A stretch of 48,552 bases of DNA, from positions 1-48,552 of the forward strand of contig JBFWRP010000032.1 of assembly GCA_050248855.1 (NCBI GenBank), written 5' to 3'. The DNA is from Planctomycetota bacterium (GTDB taxonomy: Bacteria > Planctomycetota > PLA2 > JAEUHO01). The position numbers were made by a program, and so were the translations under genes. The notes under the pieces were generated by a model. It did no database searches. It had not been told where the DNA came from and saw only the letters and a program-made list of their open reading frames with translations. Shown piece after piece: positions 47,428 to 48,552 of the stretch (position 1 is the stretch's first letter; each line of letters starts with the position of its first letter).

Positions 47428-48234
47428 GCCACGGCGACCCCGGCGACGCGCGGCATGCGGCGCTCGTTGCGTACGTCCGGCGACGCAGTGGCGCCGACGC
47501 CAGGATCGCCAACCTCTCACGCGACGTCGGTCGCCTGTCGGTCGTGTGGCGCATCGAGCCGGAGGGCGATGCGTCATGGGTCCTCAAGCTGCATGAGGCA
47601 CGAGGCTTGGCGCAGCAAGCGGTCGCGGCCCTGAGCAGGTGGGCGCCGGTGGTACGGACCCTCGCGGACGCCTGCGGAGCACGCCGCGGTGTACGAGGCT
47701 GCCGGACGCGCCGCAGCGGCCCTCGGAAGTCTCGAGGCCTGCGAGGTCACGCTGCTCGACGTCTTGCAGCCCCGCGCCCGGCGCTACCTGGCGTTGGCGG
47801 CGGACTGCTTCGGTCCCCGCGCCTACACGTGCCTCGTGAACCGCGTGGAGGACGTGGCCTGCCTGCGCGGGCAACCCGCCCCGCCGGTGCACGGCGATGC
47901 ATCGCCGCGCAACTGGCGCCTTGCGGGTGTTGGGGGCCCTGCCGTGTCGGTCGGCTGGATCGACTGGGAGCGCTCGCGGCCGGGTTGCACCATGGACGAC
48001 TACATCTGGCTGCCGTACCGGTTCGCCGTCGACCGTCCCGATTTGCTCGCCGCGTTCTTGCGCGGCTACGGCCGCCCCTTCACCGAGCGCGAGCGCGACC
48101 AGATGGCGTGGCTCGCCGCCATGAGCCTCGCCGGCGCCATCCCCTGGGCCCTCGCCCGCGGCGCGACCGACTACCTCGCCGAGCTCACCGCCATGGCCCC
48201 CCGCATCCTCGACGGCATCCCCTGGGACGAGTAG
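47424..48234 (+). pseudogene. Frameshifted aminoglycoside/choline-kinase-like phosphotransferase
   Basis: The N-half (GTG 47424, ...WVLKLH) and the C-half (HGDASPRNW, IDWE; ORF 47689-48234) lie in different frames. Confidence 0.65.
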
Positions 48235-48255
48235 TCGCACGGAGGTGTCCGACCC

Positions 48256-48475
48256 GGACTGCGACGTTCGCTCGCCGGCGAACCGCGACCCCCGTGAGAG
48301 GTGCAGGAGGGGTACGGAATAGCCCTCCTGCCGCGAGGGCGTAGCCCGAGCGCCGAGTCCGCGCGGGAGCGCGGAACGAGCGTGGCGCGACCAGACACGG
48401 AAGTGCGACGTTCGCCCGCCGGCGGACCGCGACCCCTGCGTGTCAGTTCGTCATGGCTGCGGCACCCCCTCCAAT
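48256..48475. repeat. Second mosaic repeat cluster sharing modules with 37.3-37.8 kb
   Basis: 48292-48377 is an inverted copy of 37510-37595 (77/86); 48392-48446 is a direct copy of 37694-37748 (48/55). Confidence 0.85.
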
Positions 48476-48552
48476 GAAACGGGGGTCGGCTCGACTATCC
48501 TGCCCGCGTCGGACGGCGCAGAGGTCGGCAGTTCCTTGGTGCGAACAGCCCG

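Overview
High-GC bacterial chromosome segment. Gene content (FGE-sulfatase protein, Ser/Thr kinase, TonB receptor, a Cys-rich lipoprotein/MacB-type ABC cluster) suggests a Planctomycetota-like host; this is an inference. Left to right: the start of an IS1182 element inserted at a CTAG in the 3' end of an M60 metallopeptidase gene; a translationally coupled TolC/MFP/ABC/Cys-rich-lipoprotein operon preceded by a Cys/Pro-rich leader-like ORF; dinB, a large lipoprotein, trpS-metG, vapBC and a tandem pseudokinase-kinase. An accessory island (~18.3-25.9 kb) carries two tRNA-Gly 3'-half remnants, an FGE-domain gene, a RAYT-type HUH transposase flanked by 30-bp GTAC-headed inverted repeats, an IS1111-type (IS110 family) element inserted exactly into one of those repeats, and hicBA. 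The rest is housekeeping or periplasmic genes (DPP-IV, rsgA, DUF2254, tRNA-Ser, DEAD-box helicase, TonB receptor, pepP, amino-acid ABC) plus two mosaic repeat clusters. The main finding is a nested mobile system: a GTAC-type REP/RAYT unit, its non-autonomous doublet 16 kb away, and an IS1111 whose non-coding end contains guide-like segments matching that REP and whose catalytic-Ser position is Thr. All calls are by eye; no database searches were run.
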